DNA of 64,000 bases from Candidatus Latescibacterota bacterium (lineage in GTDB: Bacteria > Latescibacterota > UBA2968 > GCA-2709665), in assembly GCA_965248435.1 (NCBI GenBank), contig OZ252100.1, positions 4,416,001 to 4,480,000 on the forward strand. Reading direction: 5' to 3'. How positions within the stretch are numbered: the stretch's first letter is position 1; the number at the start of each line of letters is the position of its first letter. The notes beneath the pieces were generated by a model. That model was not told the origin of the DNA. It ran no database searches and saw only the letters and a program-made list of their open reading frames with translations. The position numbers were made by a program, and so were the translations under genes. Shown here one piece after another: positions 38,180 to 48,218 of the stretch.

Positions 38180-39133
38180 ATGAAGTGTTGTAAGGGTAAG
38201 GCCGCTTTTCTTCTGTTGAGTCTTCTCGCCTTTTTCTCTCCCACATCTCCCTCTGCTGTAGAATTGTCCGAATTCGGAACAGAAGGCCTTTCTCTCCGCT
38301 TTCAAGAGGCTGATACATCCATTGCCCGAGTCCTTCTGACCGATCTTGAGAGGGGCCGGGCAGAGATTGCCACGCTGCTGGGAGTGGCAGCACCACGGCG
38401 AGTCACTGTCTACCTCTCGGGTTCTGACGAAGACTTCTCAGATCTCACTCAAGGAAAGATTCCTCACTGGGGTGCGGGCTGCGCGTTTCCTGACCAGGGC
38501 GTCATTGTCCTCCGGAGGCTTCCGGGACAGGTGGAGGCGCTACTGCGTACAGCCCGCCACGAGATGGCCCACATTCTTCTCCACCAGGCACCGGGTGGCG
38601 CAGTGCCGGTCTGGTTCGATGAAGGGGTGGCGATGTGGGCGGCCCGCCAATGGCGGTTCCATGACAGCACAGAGGTCTTTCGAGCCGTGCTTATGGGGGG
38701 GCTCATTCCGCTGAGTGAGATGAAATCCGTCGTTGAGTTCTCTTCCGACGAAGCCGGTTTGGCTTACACAGAGTGTCTGCTGGCGGTTTCATATTTGATT
38801 CATATTTCAGGCCGCGATGCAGTGGCCCGCGTGATTGACCGACTGAGTTCCGGGGATTCCTTCGGTAAGGCCCTTTATCGAACGACGGGCTTCACCGAAG
38901 TCCAGTTCGAAGTGCGATGGACCGAATTCGCGCGGAAACGATTCGGCCCTGCAACCCTGCTGGTACGCACTGAGGCCCTCTGGATCTACATGGCGCTTCT
39001 CACTCTGGTCGCCTATTTGTCGATACGAGTTCGCAGTCGACGAAGGCTCGGCCGTTCTGAAGAGGAGGATGACATTTCCGCCCTCCCGTCCCGGTTGCGC
39101 CTGCAGCTGGAAGACCAGGAGACCGGGCGGTGA
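38180..39133 (+). CDS. Peptidase MA-like zinc metallopeptidase, membrane-anchored
   Basis: HEMAH (HExxH) and PVWFDEGVA; signal and C-terminal TM; start uncertain (ORF from 38114). Confidence 0.75.
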   Translation: MKCCKGKAAFLLLSLLAFFSPTSPSAVELSEFGTEGLSLRFQEADTSIARVLLTDLERGRAEIATLLGVAAPRRVTVYLSGSDEDFSDLTQGKIPHWGAGCAFPDQGVIVLRRLPGQVEALLRTARHEMAHILLHQAPGGAVPVWFDEGVAMWAARQWRFHDSTEVFRAVLMGGLIPLSEMKSVVEFSSDEAGLAYTECLLAVSYLIHISGRDAVARVIDRLSSGDSFGKALYRTTGFTEVQFEVRWTEFARKRFGPATLLVRTEALWIYMALLTLVAYLSIRVRSRRRLGRSEEEDDISALPSRLRLQLEDQETGR

Positions 39134-39744
39134 CCATCGGAGTAACGGGTGGGATTGGTGCCGGAAAGAGCGAGGTCTGCCGAGCCTTCGAGGTCCTGGG
39201 TGGGCTCGTGATCGATGCGGACAAGGTAGGCCACGAAGCGCTCGAGGATCCGGACATTGCCCGAGAACTCGCAGATACGTTCGGGGAAGGTATCCTGGAT
39301 GAAGCGGGCGGTGTGGTCCGTCGGGAGTTGGGACGAAGGGCATTTTCCTCCGAAGAATCCAGGCTGCGGCTCAATGCGATCGTATGGCCTTCGATCAGCA
39401 GTCGCATTCGAAACCGCATTTCGGAGGCGCGGTCGAAGCAGCCGGAGAGGACGGTCGTGATAGACGCTGCCATGATGATCGAGTGGGGGGACCCCAAGAC
39501 ACAGTGCGATGTCCTCGTTGTTGTCGCTGCGCCGCAGGAGATTCGGAAGCGGCGCACGATGGCACGACTTGAGATCTCCGAAGCGGAGGTCGAAGCGCGG
39601 ATGGCGTCACAGATTCCGCAGGCGGAGAAGGTGCGCCTGGCAGACTATGTGATCGAGAATGCGGGTTCCGCTTCAGAGCTGGAATCGGAAGCGGCCCGCG
39701 TCTGGGAACAGATTCACGACAAATCAGGGAAGTCGACCGAATGA
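39130..39744 (+). CDS. coaE: Dephospho-CoA kinase
   Basis: IGVTGGIGAGKS, IDADKVGH, ARMASQ, ADYVIEN. Confidence 0.95.
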   Translation: MTIGVTGGIGAGKSEVCRAFEVLGGLVIDADKVGHEALEDPDIARELADTFGEGILDEAGGVVRRELGRRAFSSEESRLRLNAIVWPSISSRIRNRISEARSKQPERTVVIDAAMMIEWGDPKTQCDVLVVVAAPQEIRKRRTMARLEISEAEVEARMASQIPQAEKVRLADYVIENAGSASELESEAARVWEQIHDKSGKSTE

Positions 39745-41087
39745 ATTATACGCCTCATACGAAGGAGGATGTGCGGAAGATGCTGGACGTCATCCGCATC
39801 GAATCCACCGCTGACCTTTTCGCCACGGTTCCGAGTCAGCTTCGCTTGAATGCGCTTGATCTGCCTCCAGGTCTCACCGAGATGGAGGCCAAGCAGCTGC
39901 TCGACGGACTGTCCCAAATGGCCAAAGAAGCAGCGCCCGAATTGGTTTTCCTCGGGGCGGGGGCCTACGATCATTTTACGCCAAGCGTCGTGGACGCGAT
40001 CGTCTCCCGCGGGGAGTTCTTTACGGCCTACACGCCCTACCAGGCGGAGGTGAGCCAGGGTACACTTCGTGCCATCTTCGAGTTCCAGACGATGGTTTGT
40101 GAGCTCACTCAGATGGAGGTCGCAAACGCGTCGATGTACGACGGTGCATCTGCGCTGGCAGAGGCGGTACTGATGGCAGCCAGAATCAATGATGGAACGC
40201 AGGTGCTTCTGCCGCGGAGCCTGCATCCTTTCTACAGGCGCGTCGTTGAGACCTATGTGAGGGGCATCGGCCTCGAGATCGTGGAGATCCCCTGGAGCGA
40301 TGATGGCGGAACGATCGACGTGGCGCAGTTGGAGGCCGGATTGAACGAAAACACCGCTGCCGTTGTGCTGCAAAATCCCAATTTTCTTGGCGTGTTGGAG
40401 CCGCTCGAGACGGTTGGACAGGTTGTGGGTCCTTCATCTGCCGCCTATGTATGTGTCGTGAACCCGATCTCGCTGGGTGTCATCCGTCCTCCTGGAGCGT
40501 TCGGAGCGGATATCGTCGTGGGAGACGGCCAGCCTCTCGGACTGCCCCTTTCCTTCGGCGGACCGTATGTGGGATTTCTGGCCACCCGTGAACGCTACCT
40601 TCGCAAGATGCCTGGTCGCGTCTGTGGCGAGACCCGGGATGTGGACGGCAAACGCGGCTTCGTGCTGACGTTGAAGACGAGAGAGCAGGATATCAGGAGA
40701 GAACGCGCCACCTCGAATATCTGTACGAACCAGGCACTTTGCGCAACGGCGGTAACAGTCTATCTCGCGGCTCTGGGACCAGAGGGGCTTCGAGAGGTGG
40801 GGCTCCTGAACTGGAGCCGAAGCCATCGTGCGGCAGATGGGTTGATGGGCCTGGACGGGGTCTCTCGAAGGTTCGCAGGGACCACTTTCAACGAATTCGT
40901 CGTTCAGACGGAGCGCAAGGCCGCTGACGTCCTCGGGGCACTCAGGGAACGGGGCATCGTTGGCGGATTGGACCTGGGTCGATTCTTTCCCGACCTGGAC
41001 GACTGTATTCTTGTGTGCGTGACAGAAACCAAGACCGCTCGAGATGTGAAGGCGCTTATTGGAGCCTGGGGGGCGGCGAGTGGATGA
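39741..41087 (+). CDS. gcvPA: Glycine dehydrogenase (decarboxylating) subunit 1
   Basis: FLGAGAYDH, TAYTPYQAEVSQG, NASMYDGA, GGPYVG, TREQDIRRERATSNICTNQAL. Confidence 0.96.
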   Translation: MNYTPHTKEDVRKMLDVIRIESTADLFATVPSQLRLNALDLPPGLTEMEAKQLLDGLSQMAKEAAPELVFLGAGAYDHFTPSVVDAIVSRGEFFTAYTPYQAEVSQGTLRAIFEFQTMVCELTQMEVANASMYDGASALAEAVLMAARINDGTQVLLPRSLHPFYRRVVETYVRGIGLEIVEIPWSDDGGTIDVAQLEAGLNENTAAVVLQNPNFLGVLEPLETVGQVVGPSSAAYVCVVNPISLGVIRPPGAFGADIVVGDGQPLGLPLSFGGPYVGFLATRERYLRKMPGRVCGETRDVDGKRGFVLTLKTREQDIRRERATSNICTNQALCATAVTVYLAALGPEGLREVGLLNWSRSHRAADGLMGLDGVSRRFAGTTFNEFVVQTERKAADVLGALRERGIVGGLDLGRFFPDLDDCILVCVTETKTARDVKALIGAWGAASG

Positions 41088-42528
41088 TAATCGTTTGATC
41101 TTCGAGATGGGATCAAAAGGGAGGAGATGCGTGCGATTCCCTGACGCTGGTGGACCCGCTCCAGCGATCCCTGAGGAGATGCAGAGAGATCGACCTCCCG
41201 CCCTTCCCGAAGTGAGCGAACTCGAGCTTGTCAGATATTACACACGTATTTCGCAGATGAATTTCAGTATCGACACATCTTTTTATCCGCTCGGGTCGTG
41301 TACCATGAAGTACAACCCGAAAGTACACGAGTGGGCTGCGCGGCTTCCTGGGTTTGCCGAAATGCATCCCTTCGCTCGGGACGCTGATATCGCCCTTCAG
41401 GTGATCTGGGAGATGGAACAGATCCTGAAGGTCGTGACCGGTATGGACGGGTTCACATTCCAGCCTGCGGCGGGGGCCCAGGGGGAGTTCGTCGGAATCT
41501 CGGTGATTTCAGCCCACCACAGGAGCCGCGGAAACCAGAGGCAGGTCGTGTTGATTCCAGACTCCGCGCACGGTACGAACCCGGCGACGGCCTCCATGTG
41601 CGGCTACCGGGTGGAGGCGGTCAGATCCACCGAACGCGGAACCGTTGATGTCACGGACCTCAAGTCCAAGATGAGTGGAGAGGTGGCAGCACTGATGCTG
41701 ACGAACCCGAACACGTTCGGCGTGTTCGAGGACGAGATCCTTGAGATTGCCCAGATCGTGCACGAGGGGGGCGGCCTTCTTTATTATGACGGGGCGAATT
41801 TGAACGCCTTGTTGGGTCAGTGTCGTCCCGGGGATATGGGATTCGATGTGGTCCACTTGAACCTGCACAAGACGTTTACAACACCCCACGGGGGCGGGGG
41901 TCCCGGCTCGGGGCCCGTTGGGGTCAGGGCATCGCTCCTGCCCTACCTCCCGCTGCCAGTCGTCGTAAAGCGTGAGGATGGGATTCGTCTCGACTTTGAC
42001 CGCCCGGAATCGATCGGAAAGATCAGCACGTTTTATGGCAACTTCGGGATGGTCCTACGGGCATTCGTATACGCTCGGATGCTTGGCGCAGAAGGGATGC
42101 GTCAGACCAGCGAGATGGCCGTGCTCAATGCCAACTACATCGCCAAACGGCTGGACGCTTACTACGAGCAACCCAAGAACGCACAGCCGATGCACGAGAT
42201 GGTCCTCTCGGCCTCCCGTCAAAAGCGTGAGCACGGCGTCAACGCGATGGACATCGGCAAGCGGCTGATCGACTATGGCCACCATCCCCCAACGGTCTAT
42301 TTTCCACTTCCGAGCGTCGCGCCCGAGGCGATGTTGATCGAGCCCACAGAAACAGAGAGTTTGGAGCAGTTGGATGAATTCATAGAGGTGATGATTCGTA
42401 TTTCGAAGGAGGCATCGGAGCAACCAGAGCTGCTGCACGAGGCCCCGCACGATACCCCGGTGAGGCGGTTGGATGAAGCTACCGCAGCTCGCAAACCTGT
42501 CTTAAGATGGAAAAAAGGGGAGGCCTGA
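41080..42528 (+). CDS. gcvPB: Glycine dehydrogenase (decarboxylating) subunit 2
   Basis: YPLGSCTMKYNPK, SAHGTNPA, HLNLHKTFTTPHGGGGPG, IEPTETES. Confidence 0.96.
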   Translation: MDDNRLIFEMGSKGRRCVRFPDAGGPAPAIPEEMQRDRPPALPEVSELELVRYYTRISQMNFSIDTSFYPLGSCTMKYNPKVHEWAARLPGFAEMHPFARDADIALQVIWEMEQILKVVTGMDGFTFQPAAGAQGEFVGISVISAHHRSRGNQRQVVLIPDSAHGTNPATASMCGYRVEAVRSTERGTVDVTDLKSKMSGEVAALMLTNPNTFGVFEDEILEIAQIVHEGGGLLYYDGANLNALLGQCRPGDMGFDVVHLNLHKTFTTPHGGGGPGSGPVGVRASLLPYLPLPVVVKREDGIRLDFDRPESIGKISTFYGNFGMVLRAFVYARMLGAEGMRQTSEMAVLNANYIAKRLDAYYEQPKNAQPMHEMVLSASRQKREHGVNAMDIGKRLIDYGHHPPTVYFPLPSVAPEAMLIEPTETESLEQLDEFIEVMIRISKEASEQPELLHEAPHDTPVRRLDEATAARKPVLRWKKGEA

Positions 42529-42534
42529 TTCACG

Positions 42535-43956
42535 GTGCCTCAACGAATTACGCCGCAGACCGAAGATTTCGCGAAGTGGTATACAGACGTCATCTTGCAG
42601 ACCAAGCTGGCCGATTATGCTCCGGTCCGCGGATGTATGGTCATTCGTCCATACGGATATGCGTTGTGGGAGCACATGCAGAGCTCGCTGGACGGGATGT
42701 TCAAGGAGACGGGTCACGAGAACGTCTATTTCCCGCTCCTCATACCGGAGCATTTTCTTGAAAAAGAGGCAGAACACGTCGAGGGTTTCGCACCCGAGTG
42801 CGCCGTTGTCACACACGGGGGCGGGTCCAAGCTGGAGGAGCCTCTGGTTATCAGACCCACGTCGGAGACGATCATCTGGTTTCTATATAGCAAGTGGATC
42901 CAGTCCTACCGAGACCTCCCACTTCTCTACAACCAGTGGGCAAACGTCGTTCGGTGGGAGATGCGCACGCGGCTGTTTCTGCGCACGACCGAGTTTCTCT
43001 GGCAGGAGGGGCACACCGCACACGCGACCCGTGAAGAGGCGGAGGAGGAGACGCTCCGAATGCTGGAGGTCTACCGCACGTTTGCTGAAGAGATTATGGC
43101 GATCCCCGTCGTGACCGGCGCGAAGACGGATTCAGAGAAGTTTGCCGGCGCAGAGACGACCTACTGCATCGAGGCGATGATGGGGGACAAGCGGGCCCTG
43201 CAAGCGGGCACGTCCCACAACCTCGGGCAAAATTTCGCAAAGGCCTTCGATGTGACGTTCCTGAACGAGAAGGAAGAGCGGGAACTCGTCTGGGCCACGA
43301 GCTGGGGGGTTTCGACACGGTTGATCGGTGCGCTCGTGATGGCACACGGAGATGACAAAGGGCTGCGGCTTCCCCCCCGGCTTGCTCCGATCCAGGTGGT
43401 GATCGTCCCGATTCACCGGGGGGACCAGGAAAGAGATCTGGTGCTGAGCGAAGTGAAGAAGATCGAAACTATTCTACACGGGACACGGGTGAAGGTGGAC
43501 GACCGGCCCCAGTTCAAGCCTGGATTCAAGTTCAACGAGTGGGAGCAGGCGGGCGTCCCCGTTCGCCTGGAGATCGGTCCAAAGGACGTGGCGAACAAAC
43601 AGGTGGTGCTGGTCCGACGGGATACCGGGGAAAAGGCAACGGTGCCCGCAGACGATGTAGCGAAGGCTGTGAAGGACCATCTGGAAGGCGTTCAGGAGGG
43701 GTTATACGAGCAGGCATTGGCCTTCCAGAAGGACCACACGCATTTTGTGGATGACTACGAAGCGTTTCAGTCGAAGGTCGAAGATGGGTTCATCTACGCC
43801 CACTGGTGCGGTTCCGAAAAGTGCGAGGCGCGCCTTCAAGAGGAGAACCGGGCTTCGATCCGGTGTATTCCTTTCGGACGGGAGCAGGAAGCGGGCAGGT
43901 GTATCCTTTGTGAGAAGCCTTCAGAGGGCCGCGTGTTGATTGCAAAAGCATACTAG
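42535..43956 (+). CDS. proS: Proline--tRNA ligase (archaeal/eukaryotic type)
   Basis: [53 protein letters not shown]-terminal AKAY. Confidence 0.97.
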   Translation: MPQRITPQTEDFAKWYTDVILQTKLADYAPVRGCMVIRPYGYALWEHMQSSLDGMFKETGHENVYFPLLIPEHFLEKEAEHVEGFAPECAVVTHGGGSKLEEPLVIRPTSETIIWFLYSKWIQSYRDLPLLYNQWANVVRWEMRTRLFLRTTEFLWQEGHTAHATREEAEEETLRMLEVYRTFAEEIMAIPVVTGAKTDSEKFAGAETTYCIEAMMGDKRALQAGTSHNLGQNFAKAFDVTFLNEKEERELVWATSWGVSTRLIGALVMAHGDDKGLRLPPRLAPIQVVIVPIHRGDQERDLVLSEVKKIETILHGTRVKVDDRPQFKPGFKFNEWEQAGVPVRLEIGPKDVANKQVVLVRRDTGEKATVPADDVAKAVKDHLEGVQEGLYEQALAFQKDHTHFVDDYEAFQSKVEDGFIYAHWCGSEKCEARLQEENRASIRCIPFGREQEAGRCILCEKPSEGRVLIAKAY

Positions 43957-44139
43957 GTTCCGCGGATCGTCACTCGTTGATCGGTGTGCGTGGCCACAGG
44001 GCTCAGCAGGGAGATAGAAACCCATGATTTTCGCTGGATCACTTTACTAACAAGCGTCCGGAAATTCCCGAGTGCGGCGCTCGTAAGGTTCGTCTCATCA
44101 CGCGCCGTGTATCGAGGGACCCGGCTCGCGAAACAAATG

Positions 44140-44173
44140 AAGAGGGCCGTGATCGTTGGATCACGGCCCTCTT
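44140..44173. terminator. Bidirectional terminator
   Basis: AAGAGGGCCGTGATC-GTTG-GATCACGGCCCTCTT between convergent genes. Confidence 0.8.
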
Positions 44174-44198
44174 TAAATACCTATCTGGCGAGCTGGAA

Positions 44199-45080
44199 TC
44201 AGTTCTCGTTGAGGTAGGCTCGAATCTTCTTGATTCGTGAGGGATGCTTGAGAGACCCAAGGGCCTTATCCCGGATCTGCCGGACCCTTTCTTTGGTCAG
44301 GCTGAGCTGGTTCCCAATCTGCTCAAGCGTCATGGTTTCATCTCCGTCGATCCCGTAATAGAGTTTAAGTACCAGAGCCTCTCGGGAAGACAGGGTGTTG
44401 AGCGCGGACTGGATTTCGTCGACCAACGCCTGTTCCATAACATCCATTTCCGGAGTGACCTGATTCTTATCGACGAGGATTTCGAGGAGGGAGGTGTCTG
44501 GCCCCTCGTCCAGCGGCATATCGAGGGAAATGTGCCATCTGGAGGCGTCCAGGAGATCCTGGACCTGCTTGGGTTGCATTTCTGCACGTTTCCCAATCTC
44601 CTCTACACTCGGCTCCCGACCCAGTTTTTGCTTAAGCTCGGAAGCAACCCGCTCCAATCTGCAGAGGTGTTTGATCTTGTTGACAGGAAGCCTGACCATT
44701 CGGGCCTTCTCTGCCAGTGCAGACAGGATGCCTTGACGGATCCACCAAACCGCATAGGTGGTGAACTTGACACCCACTGTCTCGTCGTAGCGCGTGGCTG
44801 CCCTTACCAGCCCCAGATTTCCCTCCGCGATCAGGTCTTCCAGTGGAAGACCACGCCCCTGATACTCCTTGGATATGGTGATTACGAACCTGAGATTCGA
44901 CTCTACCATATGGTTGAGACTCTTACGATCTCCGGCGCGGATCCGTTTTGCGAGTGCGACTTCCTCCTGGGTTGTGAGAAGGGTGTTATACGCGATGTCT
45001 TTCAGATAAAGTTCAAGGGCAGAACGCCTCCGACCCGGAGATTCGGATCGGACCGCTCGGCTTGCTAACGTGGCAGGCAT
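44199..45080 (-). CDS. RNA polymerase sigma-70 factor, RpoD/SigA-like paralogue lacking region 1.1
   Basis: [57 protein letters not shown]. Confidence 0.93.
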   Translation of the reverse strand: MPATLASRAVRSESPGRRRSALELYLKDIAYNTLLTTQEEVALAKRIRAGDRKSLNHMVESNLRFVITISKEYQGRGLPLEDLIAEGNLGLVRAATRYDETVGVKFTTYAVWWIRQGILSALAEKARMVRLPVNKIKHLCRLERVASELKQKLGREPSVEEIGKRAEMQPKQVQDLLDASRWHISLDMPLDEGPDTSLLEILVDKNQVTPEMDVMEQALVDEIQSALNTLSSREALVLKLYYGIDGDETMTLEQIGNQLSLTKERVRQIRDKALGSLKHPSRIKKIRAYLNEN

Positions 45081-45161
45081 TACTTTCCCCCTGAGAAGCG
45101 TAGGATTTTCGGCAACTGAAGTTGGTCGTCCTTAACGAAGGCAGATCATGCCAGAAAACCA

Positions 45162-45177
45162 AGCAAACAGTGTGCCA
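45162..45177 (-). promoter_or_regulatory. sigma-54 (-24/-12) promoter of the sigma-70 paralogue
   Basis: Minus strand TGGCAC-ACTGT-TTGCT, exact GG-N10-GC spacing, ~80 bp upstream of the start. Confidence 0.8.
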
Positions 45178-45486
45178 TATATATCAATTTTGAGAGGACA
45201 AAATTGACGCACGGGGAAAGGGGAGTGAAAATCTTAGGGAACGGGAGGAGGAGGCTTACCGCGGCTCCTCTTACATACTATTAAGGGGATGCGCCTGATG
45301 TGTTACAATCTGTTCTACCGGTCGCGGGCGAGAGAGGGGATCTGCCGCACCGCCTCCAGTATGATCACCTATGTTTATGCTGGGGATTCGGTTTTGGGAG
45401 CATGATTCAGGCGCGTTTTGGGGAAGGAATATCGACGAAATACGACATGGTCGACCGGGGGGGTCAGACCATTTGAGGACGTCTCT

Positions 45487-46476
45487 TTATACCTCCTTGG
45501 TTACGGGGTTCAATTCGTACTTTTCTATCTTTCGAAGCAGCCTCGGTCGGGAGATTTTCAACATGCGTGCCGCTTTGTTCTTGTTCCAGTCCGTTGACCT
45601 TAGTGTGTGCGCGATGAGCAGCTTCTCGACCTCCTCAAATGTGACCCCGTCCTTCGGGATGTCGATCACAAGCTGCTTGCTGTTTCCCATCTGAGTCGCC
45701 AGAGAGTTGGTGGATCGAATACTGACCGGGATCATCTCGGGCGATATGAGTTCGGCGTCATTCATGATCATCGCGCGCTTGATTGCATTCCGAAGCTCGC
45801 GAACATTACCCGGCCAATGATATTCTCTCAGGAGTTCCTTGGATGTTTCAGAGAGGATTCTAGACCCGATTTCATACTGTTTGGAAAATTCCTCAATAAA
45901 ACATTCGGCCAGGATAATTACGTCTTCCCCTCGCTCACGGAGCGTAGGCAGGGAGATCTGGATCTCGTCGAGCCGGTAGTAGAGGTCCTCCCGGAAGTCA
46001 CGCTGCTCCATCGCCGCGGACAGGTCCACGTTCGTGCTGGCGATGATTCTGACGCTGACCTGGACTTCCCGCTCCCCTCCCAGCCTTCTAAATGTCTTTT
46101 CTTCTATGGCCTTGAGAAGCTTCGCCTGGAGCCCCAGGCTCATGTATCCGATCTCGTCAAGAAGCAGGGTGCCGCCGTCGGCTAGCTCAAACAGCCCTTT
46201 CTTCGTGCGATCAGCGCCGGTATAAGCGCCCTTCTCATAGCCGAATATTTCGGATTCCAGCAGGTGTTCGGGGATGGCGGCGCAGTTGACTTCAACGAAG
46301 AGTTCGTCGCCCGTGGAACTGTTGTCGTGAATTGCTCTGGCAACGATCTCTTTTCCGGTTCCCGTTTCTCCACAAATCAGAACCGACACTTCACGATTCT
46401 GAATTACCCGTTCCATAATGCCGACGACTTCGCGTATGGCTGGGCTGTTTCCGATGATGCTGCTGAAGTCAGGCAT
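45487..46476 (-). CDS. Sigma-54-dependent enhancer-binding protein (AAA+ and Fis HTH), no N-terminal sensor domain
   Basis: Starts at IIGNS; GETGTGKE, ESEIFGYEKGAYTGA, LDEIG, FREDLYYRL, WPGNVREL, NKNKAARMLKISR. Confidence 0.92.
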   Translation of the reverse strand: MPDFSSIIGNSPAIREVVGIMERVIQNREVSVLICGETGTGKEIVARAIHDNSSTGDELFVEVNCAAIPEHLLESEIFGYEKGAYTGADRTKKGLFELADGGTLLLDEIGYMSLGLQAKLLKAIEEKTFRRLGGEREVQVSVRIIASTNVDLSAAMEQRDFREDLYYRLDEIQISLPTLRERGEDVIILAECFIEEFSKQYEIGSRILSETSKELLREYHWPGNVRELRNAIKRAMIMNDAELISPEMIPVSIRSTNSLATQMGNSKQLVIDIPKDGVTFEEVEKLLIAHTLRSTDWNKNKAARMLKISRPRLLRKIEKYELNPVTKEV

Positions 46477-46511
46477 CTGCCGCCGAGGGGGAGTTGAAGA
46501 TGGGAAAAAGA

Positions 46512-46540
46512 AAAATAAGGTATGAGAATCGATTTGTCAA
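46512..46540 (-). promoter_or_regulatory. sigma-70 promoter of the enhancer-binding protein gene
   Basis: Minus TTGACA-17-TATTTT. Confidence 0.65.
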
Positions 46541-46547
46541 CAACGGT

Positions 46548-47054
46548 TTATTCTTCGGTGGACTCAGAGTTGCGCTGCCCCATATCTCGATCCAGGATAA
46601 AAAGGCCGTTCCCGTCCGTTCCAACCAGTTTTAGTTTCTGAACAATCTCGTGCGTAATGGCTTCCTCTTCGACCTGCTCAGTCACAAACCACTGCAAGAA
46701 CGTGTTCGTCGCGTGGTCCTTTTCCACGAGACTTAAATCGACTAAGTTGTTGATTTGGCTGGCGACTAGGCGCTCGTGTTCATAGGCATTTTCGAATGCA
46801 TCCAGCGGACCGTCCCACTCGATCGGTGAGCCTTCCACGTCTCGCAGTTCTATATCTCCCTCCCGATCGTTGATGAAGTCGTAGATCTTCATCGCGTGGA
46901 CCAGTTCTTCCTGAGCCTGAACCCGGATCCACTGGGCGAATCCATTCAAGTTGAGCTGGCTAAAGTAGGCAGACATCCCCAGGTAATGATAGGCTGAGCG
47001 AAGCTCGAGGTTAAATTGACCATTCAGGGCCTTCTGAATCTTATCATTGATCAT
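46548..47054 (-). CDS. ftnA: Non-heme ferritin
   Basis: QFNLELRSAYHY, QAQEELVH, HE, FLQWFVTEQVEEE; full ferroxidase ligand set. Confidence 0.92.
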   Translation of the reverse strand: MINDKIQKALNGQFNLELRSAYHYLGMSAYFSQLNLNGFAQWIRVQAQEELVHAMKIYDFINDREGDIELRDVEGSPIEWDGPLDAFENAYEHERLVASQINNLVDLSLVEKDHATNTFLQWFVTEQVEEEAITHEIVQKLKLVGTDGNGLFILDRDMGQRNSESTEE

Positions 47055-47279
47055 CGGGAACTCCAAGGTTCGGTGAAGTATTTTGAGTCACAAAGTCGAA
47101 ATTGGATGATATCATATCGGAATTAGGAATTAGTGGATATCAATAGCAGACATGATACAAAAAAGAGTTGAGAAGCCAAAGTGAAAAACGTATCGATTAG
47201 GACTTTACTTGCGTCTGTAAATTTTATAGCTTAAAAGACACGCGGATCTTGAGAATTCTTTTAGCGGGGATCAAATCTT

Positions 47280-47762
47280 GTGATTGACGAGAAGCTAGAG
47301 AGAGCCCTCAACGAGCAGCTCAACCATGAGTTTTTTTCTTGGTACACCTATCTCGGAATGTCTTCTTTCTTCGAGGGGCTCAACCTTGACGGATTCGGTC
47401 ACTGGATGGGTTCTCAGGCAAAACGTGAATCGATGCACGCGATGAAGATTTATGGTTTTCTCCACGACCAGAGCTCAGGCGTCTTGCTCGGCGAGATCAA
47501 AAAACCGCCCCCAACCTGGGATTCGCCTCTTGCAGCGGTTGAGGAGGCGTACGCTCACGAGCAAGAGGCCAGCGGAAGGATCAATGATCTCGTGGACTTG
47601 GCGGTGAGCGAGCATGCTCACGCGACGAATAACTTCCTCCAATGGTTTGTAGTGGAGCAGGTGGAGGAGGAATCTCGGCTCAGGGGGATCGTGAAGAAAC
47701 TGGAGCTCGTGGGAGAAGATCGATATGGGCTATTTCTGATAGATAGAGATTTAAGAAAGTAA
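47280..47762 (+). CDS. Non-heme ferritin, second copy
   Basis: QLNHEFFSWYTY, QAKRESMH, HE, FLQWFVVEQVEEE. Confidence 0.9.
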   Translation: MIDEKLERALNEQLNHEFFSWYTYLGMSSFFEGLNLDGFGHWMGSQAKRESMHAMKIYGFLHDQSSGVLLGEIKKPPPTWDSPLAAVEEAYAHEQEASGRINDLVDLAVSEHAHATNNFLQWFVVEQVEEESRLRGIVKKLELVGEDRYGLFLIDRDLRK

Positions 47763-48218
47763 TCTGCTAGAGAACAAAATGAAGCCCCTGCTGTTGAGGA
47801 GTATGGGGTCTGCGATATTCCGGGGCCATTGATTTTACATCGATGGCTCTTTGATTTGCCGAGCAGTTCGTCAAACATCATCGATTCTTGTTGAGTCTCC
47901 CGTCAAACCTGACCCTTCGATGCACATCGCGTAACCCTCGTGAAACGTGTATCGAAAGACCGGGTACTGGGGATCGGCTACAGAACCGTTGATCGTGGTT
48001 CGCGGATCGGCACTCCGCGGGGGATAAACTCTCACGCGGGGAATCGCAAAGTCCGCTTCAGGGCGGACGCGCCACTGGATCCAGGATCTGGGAACCAGCA
48101 GCGAAACATAACATCCACCCTGTCCCTACTGAACCTCAAATTGAATCGCCCCGATCCTCCTGGGGCAACGGGTGTCGGGACGGTTGTCTTGATTCAAGCA
48201 GAGGTGCGAGAGAATACA

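Noticed and set aside
41365-41400. GcvPB seems two residues short (no QG before ALQ)
   Set aside because: In frame and within plausible natural variation; cannot be judged without an alignment
47100-47120. Fur box between the ferritins
   Set aside because: Only a 10-bp palindrome (ATGATATCAT) with a partial match to the 19-bp consensus
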